In this document: positions 19,572-33,498 of the stretch, piece after piece
Layout of the letters: each line of letters opens with the position of its first letter
Position numbering within the stretch: position 1 is the stretch's first letter
From: Takakia lepidozioides
Taxonomy: Eukaryota; Plantae; Bryophyta
Direction: 5' to 3'
NCBI GenBank assembly: GCA_030704615.1
Contig: CM060732.1
Coordinates: 30,256,001-30,320,000 of the forward strand
Length of the DNA: 64,000 nucleotides
Notes under the pieces: generated by a model
Told to the model about the DNA's origin: nothing
What the model saw: the letters and a program-made list of their open reading frames with translations, nothing else
Databases searched by the model: none
Program-made: the position numbers and the translations under genes

Positions 19572-22084
19572 GTTCAAACCAATTTTCAGAATTTTTTTGA
19601 GGTTTTTGTAATCCTTTATAGTGCCATCCATTTGAAGGGGGTCAAAATCGCCGAGCTGTGCTCCATTCTTCTCTCTTTCTTTGACCTTCATAAATACCCC
19701 CTGCCAGAATTTGGGACCCTTATGATGTTTGTGAAAAACATGATCCGACTATCATTTTATTAATTGCTCCTATCAGCAGCAGTTTTTGGGTATTGTAACA
19801 TGCTAGAAAGAATCTTGGAATCCATGCCGTAAATATTTCTTATGGCGCTAATAAGTACTGTCATACAGAGTTGTGCAATGCTGTAGATCTAACTTCAGTT
19901 GTCATATGCTAATGAATTGATAGTTTTGGTACGAAGTTTTGGTGTGAAAGATTGGCATCCTTAGAGGGAGTTGAAGCTCTAGCCTTGAATTGTGCACAAA
20001 ATTGAAGTCTGATGCTTGTGGAAAGCAAGCAGCTCCAATGTCATTGCTTGCTTCAGGTGGTCGTGTAAAAGTTCTGTTTTTTCCGTGGTCCCATCGTCAA
20101 TAAAGAAGAAGAGGTATGCATCACAAAGATTGTAGCTTCACAACTTAGTACACAACATGTAGTGCGGGAATTTGATCGTCACCGAATAAGCGGCTAGTCG
20201 CATATGGCTCCTCATTGTGAATAGTGGAATCTACTTTCAAAACTTGAAAATTCATCCATTTATTTTTCATAAGTTGTTCAATAACAAAAATGTTATCTAA
20301 GGGAGATGTTATCTGGAGAAGACACATTATGGAAGTAGTTTTCAGCATTGGAGATGAGGTGACACCTGGGAAAGGCACAACAGGGACTTAGTGATTTTTG
20401 ACACAGATGCGTGGTCTCCTTTTTAGAACAAAGAGGAGCCAATAAAAAGTACTGCAGTTGATCCTGGATAATTGTTATGCCTATAGAGCAGAAAAATTAT
20501 AACATTTATGTAGATATATCAGATTTTTTTTTAAAGGCCAAAATCCAAAACATAACATTTGAGAAAAAAACAATAAAGCAGGCAAAAAATAAAAAAATAA
20601 CGGTTGGAAAGTTTAGGGTTTAGTACATACAACCTTCACTGCATATAGTATTTCTTCAATGCAACAAAATAAAATATTTATTCATTAGAGGGTTGAAAAC
20701 ACATGATGAATGATAAGAGTGGATGAATGTTTTCTCAAACCAACTATAGTAAGGCTCCGCAAAAGATCTAACAACTATGGAGGTGTGCTAACAAAGAGGA
20801 GAGCCATAATTATTTTAATTTAGAGAAAGGGGACGGAGGCCTTTTACTCAAATTAAGTAATAAAATAGAGAGTCCCAATTGGTGGGAAAATAACCACCCT
20901 GAAGGCTGTGAAGGCTTAGTGAGGGGAACTTCCCCGTGTCCATGACAAACCAGCTACACAAGTCCGATCTAGAGCATAGGGGGAATTACAAATGAGGTGA
21001 GTGATGCCACAGTGTGTAGGAGAGACAAGTGGGAGAAGAGAGAATGTGTCTAAAACAAAAGAAGGAGAGCAAAAGAGGGGGAGGAACAGAGATTGGCGCC
21101 AGAGCTGCCTCCGAACAGAGAACTACTGCCTTGTTCAAGCTTAAGAGACCTGCTGCCCTGCCTACCCTGCCTGAGACGCACTTCCAAGCTGCTCTTATGC
21201 ATTGGTGAAGTACTGCCCTACCCCCTTGCTGCAGCGCTATAGTGCCAAATCTTAAGAAAACCTTGGTGATGCCAGATGAGGAGTCCAAGCCTCGGTCACT
21301 CCAGACTTTAGATGGGTTTTGAGTTTGGTGTCACGAGTCTTCTTGTGATGCCAGTTGAAGGCACCATCCTCTCCCTCACCAGGAGACTTCCCAAGCAATG
21401 GGGATGGCAATTTGTCAAGTAAGGCGCATGTTGGGAAGATAGGTGCCGAGTAAATCATTTTTGCCCAAGGAGTGTTGAAAATCGCGGATGACGCTTTGTT
21501 GTGTAGCTCTAGAAACAACTGCACACAAAGTGCCCCAGACTTTCCTCCCCTCAGTAAGCAGGTCATGATAGATATTGAACAAAATTGACCTATCCCTGGG
21601 TGGTTTCCCCTTGTCATGGTTTTAGTCATGGTTAACTAGAATTACCGACTTTTAGTTAATTAGAATATTTTAGATATTTATATTTATATTTTGTGTGTTG
21701 TGACTTCATTTGGTCTCATATGCCAAGTGAGGTGTCAAGCCTCACTTGGGACATGAGGATGGGTTTTCCCCTTGTGAGGGTTGAGGAGGGCTCAACTTCT
21801 TGTAGTTGAGCCTCCATGAGTTTCTCTCACCTCCATAGCTCTAGGTATTGAGAGGGAGTGTGTTGAGGGCTTTGTAGGGTGGATTCCTTTAGCAAAGGTG
21901 CTCTTGGCTTGACTTAGTTTATGTGATAGAGTGGATTGCACTTGGAAGGACTAGGGCTTGTTCTTAGTGTGATTGATGATTTGAGAGTTTTCATTGTCTT
22001 CTACTTCTCTCATTTCACATCTCTTATCACTACAAGAAGATCATAGCTTTCTAGGATTATATGCTTAGAATGAGTGATGGACAT

Positions 22085-22495
22085 CGATGTATGTTGTGGC
22101 ACGATGCTTAGGTGCATGACACCCTCATAAAACCAAGCGCATCTAGCCTTCCACATAGTATAAACTCTAAGGCAAGCCCACACTGGACAAGAGCAGATAT
22201 GTGATGAGGAAGCAAATTTAGAAGTAGCAATGAGGTGGGAGGGGGAGAAGGAAAAGAGTTACAGTTAGAATAGAATCCCAAAACCTTATGCCATACTCTG
22301 GCAGCCAGCTCACATTCAACCATGCAATGCTCTATGGTTTCTGGTGCAGCTTGACACAAACTACATATAGCATTGTTGCTCAGAGTCGCAGAATTGACTG
22401 GCAAGATTCTATGGATTAGTTTCCATAAGAAGCCAGGGATTTTTGCAACACGTTCTTTCCTCCAGGCATCTTTCCACACTTTATCCCAGTCAATT
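22085..22495 (-). mobile_element. L1/Tx1-type LINE fragment (zf-RVT)
   Basis: W..AW......KIPGFLWKLIHRILPV......C.LC....ETIEHCMVEC..AARVW is the RT-associated zinc-binding motif. Confidence 0.85.
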
Positions 22496-22605
22496 CCATA
22501 TTTTCATAACACACATATCAAATAACGCTATCATGTAGCCATTTTCAAGTGTAAATATTTACAGAGCAGAGATTTCATAACATTAAGGGTGACATAACAA
22601 AAATG

Positions 22606-25600
22606 CAGGAGTGGTGGAAAGTAGTTAGCGTCCCATACAACAATTGCTCGGCCAACAATGAGATGAATTTGGTGGAGGTGTGGCAGTCTCCACATACTTG
22701 AAGATTCTTGATGAGTCGTGTTGATCAGCCCAAAACCAATGCCCAGCTTCTCACTGTGGTGGCAAAGAGAATATTCCTTTCTTCCACATCATGCAATAAA
22801 AAACGTGTGTCAGACACATACCCCGCCTCTTTCATCTGCCTAGACAATCTTCTCAGCTCAGCATGGATTTCCTTAATTCTGGGATGCAACTTGTCATCTG
22901 GCTCCTTTCTAACCCCTCTGACCTTCATCATTCTTCTCACCTTTGCAGTATCATCCCATCTGCCAGCTGCAGCATAGATGTTTGATATAGCAACACATAA
23001 GTCACGGCATCCTGTTCATCCCACTTAATCAGGTCCACTGCCTCATGTAGTATTCCCGAACGTCCAGAAGTCCACCATGCAGCCAAAGTGCTTTACTGGC
23101 GGGGTGACACCATGATCTTGACTCAAGGAATCGAAGTAGCGTCTTCCTTTATTCAGTAGGCCAGTGTGTGCATGCAGAGAGAAGACATATAAAGGTGATA
23201 CTGTCCGGCTTCAAGCCGTTCTTTTGCATCCCTTCAAATAAATGCAGGTCCTCCCTATGACAATCATGCTGGGCATATTCTGCGATCATCGGATTCCACG
23301 ACACCACATTTCTTTCAGCCATACTGTCGAAAACTCCCTTTGCATCCTCGATGCACTCACATTTGACATACATGTCCAGCAGGGCAGTATTCAAGATGAC
23401 ATCTTGTACAAATCCAGCTTTGACGATGTCACCATGGACCTCATTGCACCTTTCCGTCAGGCTTGCACAAGCATTGCAAACGCACACAAACGTGATGTGG
23501 TTGCACTTCACCTCTTCCCTCATCATTTGCTCATAGGTCTCCAAGGCCTCCATCCCGCGCCCCTGCTGTGCATATCCTGCAAGCATTGCGTTCCATGACA
23601 CCAAATCTCGTTCAGCCATACTGTTGAACACTCCCTCTGCATTCTCAATGCTCCCACATTTGGCATACATGTCCACGAGGGTATTGTTCAGAATGACATT
23701 GGGTACAATTCCAGATGTGATGATGTCACCATGGACCACTTTGCACCTTTCTAGAGCTGTCAGGCTTGCACACGCATTGCAAATGTAAACAAACGTGATG
23801 TGGTCGGGCTTCGCCCCTTCCCCCATCATTTGCTCATAGGTCTCCGAAGCCTCCATCCCGCCCCTTGTTGTGCATATCCTGCAATCATTGCCATCCACGA
23901 CACCACATTTCTTTCAGCCATACTGTCGAAAACTCCCTTTGCATCCTCGATGCACTCACATTTGATATATATGTCCAGCAAGGCAGTGTTCAAGATGACA
24001 TCTTGTACAAATCCAGCTTTGACGATGTCACCATGGACCTCATTGCACCTTTCCAGGGCTGCCAGGCTTGCACACGCATTGCAAATGCAAACAAACGTTA
24101 TGCAGTTGGGCTTTACCCCTTCGCACATCAATTGTTCATAGGTCTCGAAGCCTCCATCCCGCGCCCTTGCTGTGCATATTCTGCAATCATCGCCCTCCAC
24201 GACACCACATCTCGTTCAGCCACGAAAACTCCCTTACATCCTCGATGCACTCACATTTGACATACATGTCCAGCAGGGCAGTGTTCAGAATGACAATGGG
24301 TACAATTCCAGATGTGACGATGTCACCATGGACCACCTTGCACATTTCCAGAACTGCCAGGCTTGCACACGCATTGCAAATGTAAACAAACGTGATGTGG
24401 TCGGGCTTCACCCCTTCCCCCATCATTTGCTCATAGGTCTCCGAAGCCTCCATCCTGCCCCTTGTTGTGCATATCCTGCAATCATTGCCCTCCACGACAC
24501 CACATTTCTTTCAGCCATACTGTCGAAAACTCCCTTTGCATCCTCGATGCACTCACATTTGACATACATGTCCAGCAGGGCAGTGTTCAAGATGATATCT
24601 TGTACAAATCCAGCTTTGACGATGTCACCATGGACCTCATTGCACCTTTCCGTCAGGCTTGCACAAGCATTGCAAACGCACACAAACGTGATGTGGTTGC
24701 ACTTCACCTCTTCCCTCATCATTTGCTCATAGGTCTCCAAGGCCTCCATCCCGCGCCCCTGCTGTGCATATCCTGCAAGCATCGCGTTCCATGACACCAA
24801 ATCTCGTTCAGCCATACTGTTGAACACTCCCTCTGCATTCTCAATGCTCCCACATTTGGCATACATGTCCACGAGGGTATTGTTCAGAATGACATTGGGT
24901 ACAATTCCAGATGTGATGATGTCACCATGGACCACTTTGCACCTTTCTAGAGCTGTCAGGCTTGCACACGCATTGCAAATGTAAACAAACGTGATGTGGT
25001 CGGGCTTCGCCCCTTCCCCCATCATTTGCTCATAGGTCTCCGAAGCCTCCATCCCGCCCCTTGTTGTGCATATCCTGCAATCATTGCCATCCACGACACC
25101 ACATTTCTTTCAGCCATACTGTCGAAAACTCCCTTTGCATCCTCGATGCACTCACATTTGATATATATGTCCAGCAAGGCAGTGTTCAAGATGACATCTT
25201 GTACAAATCCAGCTTTGACGATGTCACCATGGACCTCATTGCACCTTTCCAGGGCTGCCAGGCTTGCACACGCATTGCAAATGCAAACAAACGTTATGCA
25301 GTTGGGCTTTACCCCTTCGCACATCAATTGTTCATAGGTCTCGAAGCCTCCATCCCGCGCCCTTGCTGTGCATATTCTGCAGTCATCGCCCTCCACGACA
25401 CCACATCTCGTTCAGCCACGAAAACTCCCTTACATCCTCGATGCACTCACATTTGACATACATGTCCAGCAGGGCAGTGTTCAGAATGACAATGGGTACA
25501 ATTCCAGATGTGACGATGTCACCATGGACCACCTTGCACATTTCCAGAACTGCCAGGCTTGCACACGCATTGCAAATGTAAACAAACGTGATGTGGTCGG

Positions 25601-27270
25601 GCTTCACCCCTTCCCCCATCATTTGCTCATAGGTCTCCGAAGCCTCCATCCTGCCCCTTGTTGTGCATATCCTGCAATCATTGCCCTCCACGACACCACA
25701 TTTCTTTCAGCCATACTGTCGAAAACTCCCTTTGCATCCTCGATGCACTCACATTTGACATACATGTCCAGCAGGGCAGTGTTCAAGATGATATCTTGTA
25801 CAAATCCAGCTTTGACGATGTCACCATGGACCTCATTGCACCTTTCCGTCAGGCTTGCACAAGCATTGCAAACGCACACAAACGTGATGTGGTTGCACTT
25901 CACCTCTTCCCCCATCATTTGCTCATAGGTCTCCAAGGCCTCCATCCCGCGCCCCTGCTGTGCATATCCTGCAAGCATCGCGTTCCATGACACCAAATCT
26001 CGTTCAGCCATACTGTTGAACACTCCCTCTGCATTCTCAATGCTCCCACATTTGGCATACATGTCCACGAGGGTATTGTTCAGAATGACATTGGGTACAA
26101 TTCCAGATGTGATGATGTCACCATGGACCACTTTGCACCTTTCTAGAGCTGTCAGGCTTGCACACGCATTGCAAATGTAAACAAACGTGATGTGGTCGGG
26201 CTTCACCCCTTCCCCCATCATTTGCTCATAGGTCTCCGAAGCCTCCATCCCGCCCCTTGTTGTGCATATCCTGCAATCATTGCCCTCCACGACACCACGC
26301 ATTGCAAATGCAAACAAATGTTATGCAGTCGGGCTTCACCCCTTCCCCATCATTTTCTCATAGGTCCTTGAAGCCTCCATCCGCACCCTTGCTGTGCATA
26401 TCCTGCAATCATAGCCCTCCACGACACCACATCTCGTTCAGCCATACTGTCAAAAAATCCCTTTATACATGTCCACGAGGGTATTGCTCAGAATGACACT
26501 AGGTACAATTGCAGCTATGACAATGTCGCCATGGACCTCCTTGCCCTTTTCCAGAGCTGCCAAGCTTGCACACGCATCGCAGATACACACAAACGTGATG
26601 TGGTCGGGCTTCACCTCTTCCCCCATCATTTGATCATAGGTCTCCAAAGCCTCCATACCACGTCCCTGCAAGCATCGCGTTCCATGACATCACATCTCAT
26701 TCAGCCATAGTGTTGAAAACTCCGACATCTAGTACAATTCCCGCTTTGACGATGTCACCATGGACCTCTTTCCCCTTTTCCAGAGATCCCAGGCTTGCAC
26801 ACGCATTGCAAACACAAACAAACGTGATGTGGTCGGGCTTCACCCCTTCCCCCATCATTTGCTCATAGGTCTCCAAAGCCTCCATCCCGTGCCCCTGCTG
26901 TGCATACCCTGCAAGCATCGCGTTCCACGACACCACATCTCGTTCAGCCAGAGTGTTGAAAACTCCCTTCGCATCCTTCATCCACCCACATCCATGGACC
27001 TCCTTCCCATTTTCCAGAGCTCCCAGGCTTGCGCACGCATTGCAAACACAAACAAACGTGATGTGGTTATGCTTCACCCCTTCGCGCAACACTTGCTCAT
27101 AGGTCTCCAAAGCATTCCTGCCACATCCATGCTTGTAAGTCCTGCCAACATTATATTCCACGTGATCAAAGATCGTTGAGGCATTCTGTTGAACTCTTGG
27201 TGAGCATCCATGATGTTCCCGCACTTAACATACATGTTGACAAGGGTGTTGAGTAGAAAAGTATTTGGCG
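22606..27270 (-). pseudogene. PLS-E-DYW PPR pseudogene with internal tandem amplification
   Basis: Many frameshifted P/L/S repeats (LVDMYAKCGS, VVSWNAMIAGYAQ). E/E+ remnant lacks the PG box (VRKEP|DDKLHP). DYW remnants CHHSEKL and [16 protein letters not shown] at ~22660-22775. Confidence 0.92.
23295..26297. repeat. ~2.5 near-identical tandem copies of a 1196-bp unit
   Basis: Identical or near-identical ORF translations recur at a 1196-bp offset (23800/24996, 23826/25022, 24187/25383, 23898/25094). Confidence 0.92.
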
Positions 27271-27439
27271 TATCATGTCAAAGTCACTCCAAACTATCAA
27301 AGGTTCACTCAACCAACTAACTTGCAGAATTCAACATGAAAAATAGGGCCGATTGTCATAAGAGGGGAAAACAGGGTGAAATGTGTTAAAAGTGCCTTCA
27401 TTAGCAGTGCCTTAATTTATCAATTGTACCGCTGCTACT

Positions 27440-28824
27440 GCAGCTTCCAGTTGACCATCTACCCCATGCAGGTTTCTTGTAGCTATCCTTCCCACAGGGA
27501 ATCATAGGTGATCTGGTGCTTCAAATCCAGCCCACTTGGATGAATCTGGACCCACATCCCAGGGTCAAATCTATGATAAATACAAAATACCTCCACAGTT
27601 TTATAAATTCAAGGTCCACAAACATGCCCCTGCAATGCTTGGAGCGGAAATGATTTGTCTTTGTAAACATAGTCTGGACAGCCGCATTGAGAAGATGAGA
27701 GACAATGTTCTGAAAATGAACTCCACGCTTCTTTCACAGTTCGATGACGAAAATCATTCACCTTTTTGTCTCTATTGTCCCACCATTGACTGGGGTCGGA
27801 AAACTGTTCATCTCCTCATCTCTGTTATCTTTTTTTGGATACTTTCCTGCTGCCACATCGACAGTAACTTATCAAAGTCACTCCAAACCACCACAGATCC
27901 ACCCAACGAGCTAATTTACAGAATTCAATATGGATCTCAGGGCCGAGTCTGATGAAAGGGCAAAACAGGCAGAAATAGGTTGAAGAAGAAGGTGCCCTCA
28001 CCACATTGTCCTTGACCTTGTTTCACGACCCATGGAGACCTGGTAGCAGCTGACACTGACCAACCCAATTCTGAATTGCATCTGCTTCTCTCTGTAGTCC
28101 ACCAGGCATTCACCTTTTTATCTCCATTGTCCCACCATTGACTGGGGTCGGAAAAGTGTTCGTTCCAAAACTTCTCCTCATCTCCGTTATCTGTTTTTGG
28201 ATACTTTCCTGCTGCCACAACGGTAATAACTTGTCAAGGCCGAGTCTGATGAGAAGGAAAAACGGGCTGAAATAGGTCGAAGAAGAAGGTGCCCTCACCA
28301 CATTGTCCTTGACCTTGTGTCATGACCCATAGAGGATTTGGCCGACCATCAACCCAAAAGGACCTCTGTGTGTGCTGCTTGTGCCTGTAGTCAGGTAATG
28401 TCGGATTGGTTAGTGAGAACCACCACGGTGCAGCTGAGCAGGCAGAGATTGAAACACGGCCTGCTAAGACCAAGCTGAAACTCCCAAGAGCCTTGTAAAC
28501 ATCAGGAAGAATACCAAATCATGGTACTAAGAGCCCCCATTTGCAGGATGGATAAAATTCTTCACATCGTGCATTAAGAATCTTGCGATTGCGGTTGTCC
28601 CACCATCTATGAGAGGTCCTGATGTGTACTCAGAATCTGTGAACGTCTCCATCTGCGAATCGCGATCGGTGAAACCCCTCCTGCGGTTCAAGAAGATCAA
28701 GAACTGGCAGTTTGGGCAGTCTCGAAACACTTTGCGCGACAAATTCTATTGGCGATTTTCGGACCGGCAGACCGGGCAGATTGACGAAATTTGACGACAA
28801 AACGTGGCGACGAGGATGTGGCAT
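27440..28824 (-). pseudogene. Decayed N-terminal exons with multiple OSB-like PDF motifs, upstream of the PPR pseudogene
   Basis: WWDNRNRK (28605-28582), TNPTLPDYRHK..SFWVDGRPNPLWV (~28410-28320), FWNEHFSDPSQWWDNGDKK|GT (~28170-28113), a frameshifted FSDPSQWWDNRDKK (~27805-27762), and IHPSGLDLKH.. (~27545-27450) matching the start of the 44216 ORF. Confidence 0.75.
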
Positions 28825-29447
28825 TTTGCCACCCTATTCCTGCTCTACGCTAAACTAGCTTCCGGCCTTCTGTCATCGCTAGAATGAAAATGAAAATGCA
28901 AGCGAGCATATTGAATCCAGTGACGATCATAGAGATTTTTTTTTTTTTTTTTTTTTTTTTGATCAATAGGGGACAGAGGCCCTGAAAACTTTATTGGAAA
29001 TGGAAATGAGGAAAAAATAACCTCAAGATACAAGCCAGATAGATATAATGATTTGAAAATGAAAATGCAAGTGCGCAAAACCCACGGTTATATGAAAAAG
29101 TAAATAAAAGTGAGCAAAATCCAAGGTTATAAGGGTAATATGTTTGAAAACGTAACTAGAAGTCATAAGTGAATTGTATGAATAATACGAGGATCAAAGT
29201 TTGCAATAGTTTCTATCGATCTATTGTCATAACTATGCTTACTGCATAGTTATGATTTCCTGCTTCTGCCGTTTTGGAGGTTGGACTTTTGTGATGCAGC
29301 TTTCTTGTTTCCTGCAGGTTTTGGGTCTCACAGCCTTGCTTATTCCACCGGTTTTCGTTTGTTTTCAAAATTCAAAATGCTCACAGAACATGATGTTTCA
29401 AGCAGAAGCAAGCGAGGGATAACTATCCATGCTTCTCGATGTACGCC

Positions 29448-31237
29448 CTACTTACGAACAAGAACAGCCAATATGCAGGTCATGCCCAGCTTTCTGATCG
29501 ACTTTGATCTCGCTCGTTCTACCGCCCTTTGGCCAATGCGTTCAAAGAATTTTGATGCCAGGTCTATTCCTATATGCGCCTGAACGAGCGGGTTGATTAA
29601 ACTCTTCGTAAAATTCTTGGTGAATTGCCCATATGCCTCAGGATTCGAAATCAGCTTCTTATCTTCATCGCCAGGAAAATACGGAAAGTCTTGCCACAGC
29701 TCAAGCCGTTTGATGCGGAAGGCAGATGTTTCGCAGCTTATAGCCTCTCGGACTTCATTCAAACTTCTACAAAATATTGGTATGTTGAACCCGTCTCTAG
29801 TGTCTGCATCAATTAAACCCTGCACACAAAGTTGGAACCAGAATCAGCTCCGTTAAATCGATCAATTGCAAGTTTACAATTCACTTGGTGCAAACTCTAG
29901 ACTCGATGATCCAATATTTCTCGCTTTACCAGTTCTGGAAGTGCCAATGGATGTTCAATCGTCCTAGTTCCAATGCTAATAGGACAGTCGACAAACCCAC
30001 CTCAGAGACGAATTCCTCCCATGTATCCTCCAGATCCCTGCCACACGGATGGGTGAAGCGCATATCGTCATCCAACTGGTTCTCTGGATGCTCCGAGTCT
30101 TTCCGGGCCAAGAAGAAAGTAAAGAGCAGACCACCAGGGACAATTTCACGGGCCCGACTCCTAAGGAAGTTCCGCAAATCTTCTCTGGCTACTTGGGCAA
30201 ATGCCTCAGCCACCGCAGGTCTCCCACAATCAATCCAGACTCTGCCCCTGTTGTATGCCCGGGAGCTTTTGTCCCGGACTTCATGTGGAACCTGTGACAC
30301 AGAAAGTTTCTTTGAACAATTAATCCCCAAGTTCTAGATAGTGAAGTTGTCAAGTGCTAATATCAGAGAAAGACGCGGACAGTCTGACCTGTTAGCTTCC
30401 AAATCAGTTTCTGGGATCTCCTGCTTGTGAGTATACGGTCCTGCGATATTTGACTACACAGGTGGTGTAAATTTCTACCATGCTTTCAGTAACATAAAAA
30501 GGTGCTTGGACATGCAATTAAGAATCTTCAGAGCTGTGTCCTAACTTCGATTTTCGATCTGCGAAAAGTGATAGCAGCTTGGAACTAAGATGTACCTGAG
30601 ACATCCAGTGCAAAGAATAAGTCGAAACCACAATGTGAAGGCTTGCACAAGGAAACATGTTATGGTAGAAGGACCCTGGGACACCTGCTGCAAAATATGC
30701 GGTCTCCTGATCAGTTTCATTGCTAGTCATTCTCCGAGATACAGGCAGTTGCTGGAAAAGGGTGTTGAAGTCGTTTGAAGGAAGATCAGAGAAGAACATC
30801 TGAACTTCAGGTGTTGGAATGGATTGTGATGCATATTTTTCCTGCAAGCTCCTAACAATATAGCTCGCATATGAAAGTGTATTTTCTCCGACCGAACAGC
30901 CCAGGTCAGCCACTTGAATCGAGCTCTCCCTAGGCAGTCGTTCAAGCTGCCTGATCGCGTCCCCTAAAATTGGATGTAGGTGAACGATAGCGTGAGCTTG
31001 CATGGTTGAGTTTCGGGTATAGCTTCCATCCCCTTCACCGCCCTCCATTCTCAGAGTGATCGCAGTAGCGTTGGCCTTCAAGTTCAAGTTGCCATAATCG
31101 GCTTTCAGGGACGTCTCCACTGGGATTAGAGTGTCAGATGAACTGTCTGCACCACGATGTCCATTGCTCGCTGGTTCCACACCAATCGACGTTCTTCCCG
31201 ATTTGCATTCTTTAGCCAAGTTCTCGAACTCGTCCAT
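29448..31237 (-). CDS. SABATH-family (Methyltransf_7) small-molecule methyltransferase, 3 exons
   Basis: Exons 31237-30596, 30291-30001 and 29819-29448 (GT-AG, phase 0). Motifs MEGG.G..SY..NS..Q, ADLGCSVGENT, SDLPSNDFNTLF, GVPGSFY..MFP..SLH, YSLHWMSQVP, DL..FL..RA.E...GG, FNIP. The true start codon is uncertain. Confidence 0.93.
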
Positions 31238-31645
31238 CAGCTGAACTGCTAATTTCGGAGACAATGTAACACCTCTTGTAAGACTAGTGTAGGACTGCAG
31301 AGAGAAGAGATCAAGGTAAGCTCTAGACAGATCTTACGTGATAATCCTCTGGCCAGCGTACGAGTGAACTGTAGTGAAAAGGTGACTACAGATTAACTAT
31401 ACAAAGAAACTCGCAGCAACAGCAGTGGTCACTCTCGAAGAAATTCTGAAGTTACAAGGTCGCAAGCGCATTCTGTCGATCGCACACATGGAGCCTGTAG
31501 ATGACTGCAATATTCAATTAAAGGTGGAACTGAGGTGGAACAAGGGTGCAGAAGGTTCGGTGGGGATGGATGCAGGGCTGGAGAAGCCATGGACCACTGC
31601 ACATGCTTTGCATCGCACATCTCGGGCATGTGTATGGGTAAGCGT

Positions 31646-32253
31646 GGCTCAGAATTTTGTGTGGCCTCGTCGTAATGAGGCTGGTCAGACGATGGGGCCC
31701 GCCGTCTTGTGGACATAAGCGTCTAGCAGCTTGTTTTTATTATAAGACTATTTCAAAAGAGGGCCAAGCACAAAGCTCATGGGGCACGCAAGGGAAGAAG
31801 ATAATACCAGTGGGCTCAGATTTTTGTGTGACCTCGTCGTAATGAGGCTGGTCCGACGACGGGGCCCGCCGTCTCATTAATATAGGAGCAAACTACCTTC
31901 ATGCGTCAAGGACTTTGAATTTTTTTGGCATATGAAATTTACAACTACCTCCATGCAGGTAGTTTTAGGATTTTCTACATGAAAGTAGTTGCAAAACCAA
32001 GCTGAAACTACCTGCACGAGAGTAGTTACATACCCACACCTCCATAGAGGTAGTTGTAGTTAGCACCTACCACCGGAACCACGTTCAAGGATTGGAACCC
32101 GAGACCTCCATCGCCATATCGCACTGTAATTTTTTTCATATATAAGAGAAACGGGGAATAGGGATCGTTTTAATGTAGCGGGGCCCGCCGTCAGGTCCAT
32201 GTCCCCTCTGCACCCTGCGGCCTCGTTACGACGAGGCCACACAAAATTCTGAG
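31646..32253. repeat. Two direct and one inverted copy of a GC-rich hairpin motif, enclosing short AACTAC..GTAGTT palindromes
   Basis: CTCAGA(A/T)TTTTGTGTG(G/A)CCTCGTCGTAATGAGGC..GGGCCCGCCGTCT at 31646-31707 and 31813-31874; inverted copy at 32219-32253. Confidence 0.75.
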
Positions 32254-33498
32254 GCGGTAAGCGGGCCTGCAGGAATCTTGAGGCTGGTGCCTGCATTGGA
32301 GACCTGCAAGGTGAGCTGCGTGTTTGTCTATAAAGGGTAAAGCCGCCATCTTCTCCATCCTACAGGTGTATATATCCTTGACATGTTCTGCGCGATGGTA
32401 GGCTGCTGGCCACCCCACAAGAGGCTGGGCGCCACGTTCTTTGTTCTTTGGGAGACAGATTACGAAAAGGACTATGCTCTGTTACATAGCGTTGGCCCGG
32501 GGTAGATTCCAGTATCCCAAGGTTAGATTCTTAAAGTATTCTATCGCCCTTGATAAAGATTCCGTGGCCTTTGAAGGTGTCCTAGGGGCCTATGGTATGT
32601 AAGGAATCTTTCTTGCCTATAATAGATTCTTATAAAGATTTTGTGTCCTAGGGTTTATACAGTAGTTCAAGTATTTTGGGGAACTGCCCCAACAAGCAGG
32701 GCACGAAATGATAAGGGAAAGAAGATAGAGAAGGACCCTAGTTTTCATGGGGAGGGAGTGCTCTTTGGGATGGTGGTGATGATATGAATTTCTTTCTCAG
32801 TCCCTTCAACACTGTGCATATGAATTTTTAGCATGTCTAACCGGAACTTTTGTTGGCTCTTTTGCAGATAGAGACTTTGCAACCTGTTCAAGTCAATGGA
32901 CAAAATGTGGTCAAAGGACCGTACACCGTGTCAAGGCTCAGACTGGTGTGTTGTGCTGAGTCATGCTCCTTACTCTCACCTTCCTCTTGTGTTTTGCCAA
33001 AGCAAGAGAGCCCGTTCCAGGCTTGTTTTATGATACAGGGGTGCCAAAAAGTTGCAAACCATGATCAACATGGTTGATTTTACGGTGAGCAACCCTGTTT
33101 GTATTGACTTTCAAAGCAGCTAGTCAGTCAAATTACGGAACCAATATGAAGACCTTGAATTATGCTCCATTGCCATAAGAGGGTGGCCATGGCCTAGATT
33201 CTTTTGAATATACTGTAACTTTTTAGTTTGCTTCAGCAAGTTGGTACAAGAGACCTTCCAGTTGGCTCTCTGGCAAAAGGACAACCAAGTTGTAGCCCAG
33301 CGTGGTAATGGGTACATACGTACATAAAGCACTTTCAATTTTTTCTCTTTGTATTTATCGTGATGTTAAAAAGCAGAATTCATCGTTGGCCAGGGCACTC
33401 CCCTGGAATGCACGGGACAGCGAGGCCCGTGCATTACGCGGGAGTGTAACGCCCCGGTGTAGCGCGTCGTACCGTTTTTATTGCACGTGCTTTATGCC

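Noticed and set aside
21612-22083. Solo LTR (TG..CA)
   Set aside because: LTR-like composition, but no matching TSD or second copy in the window; left uncalled.
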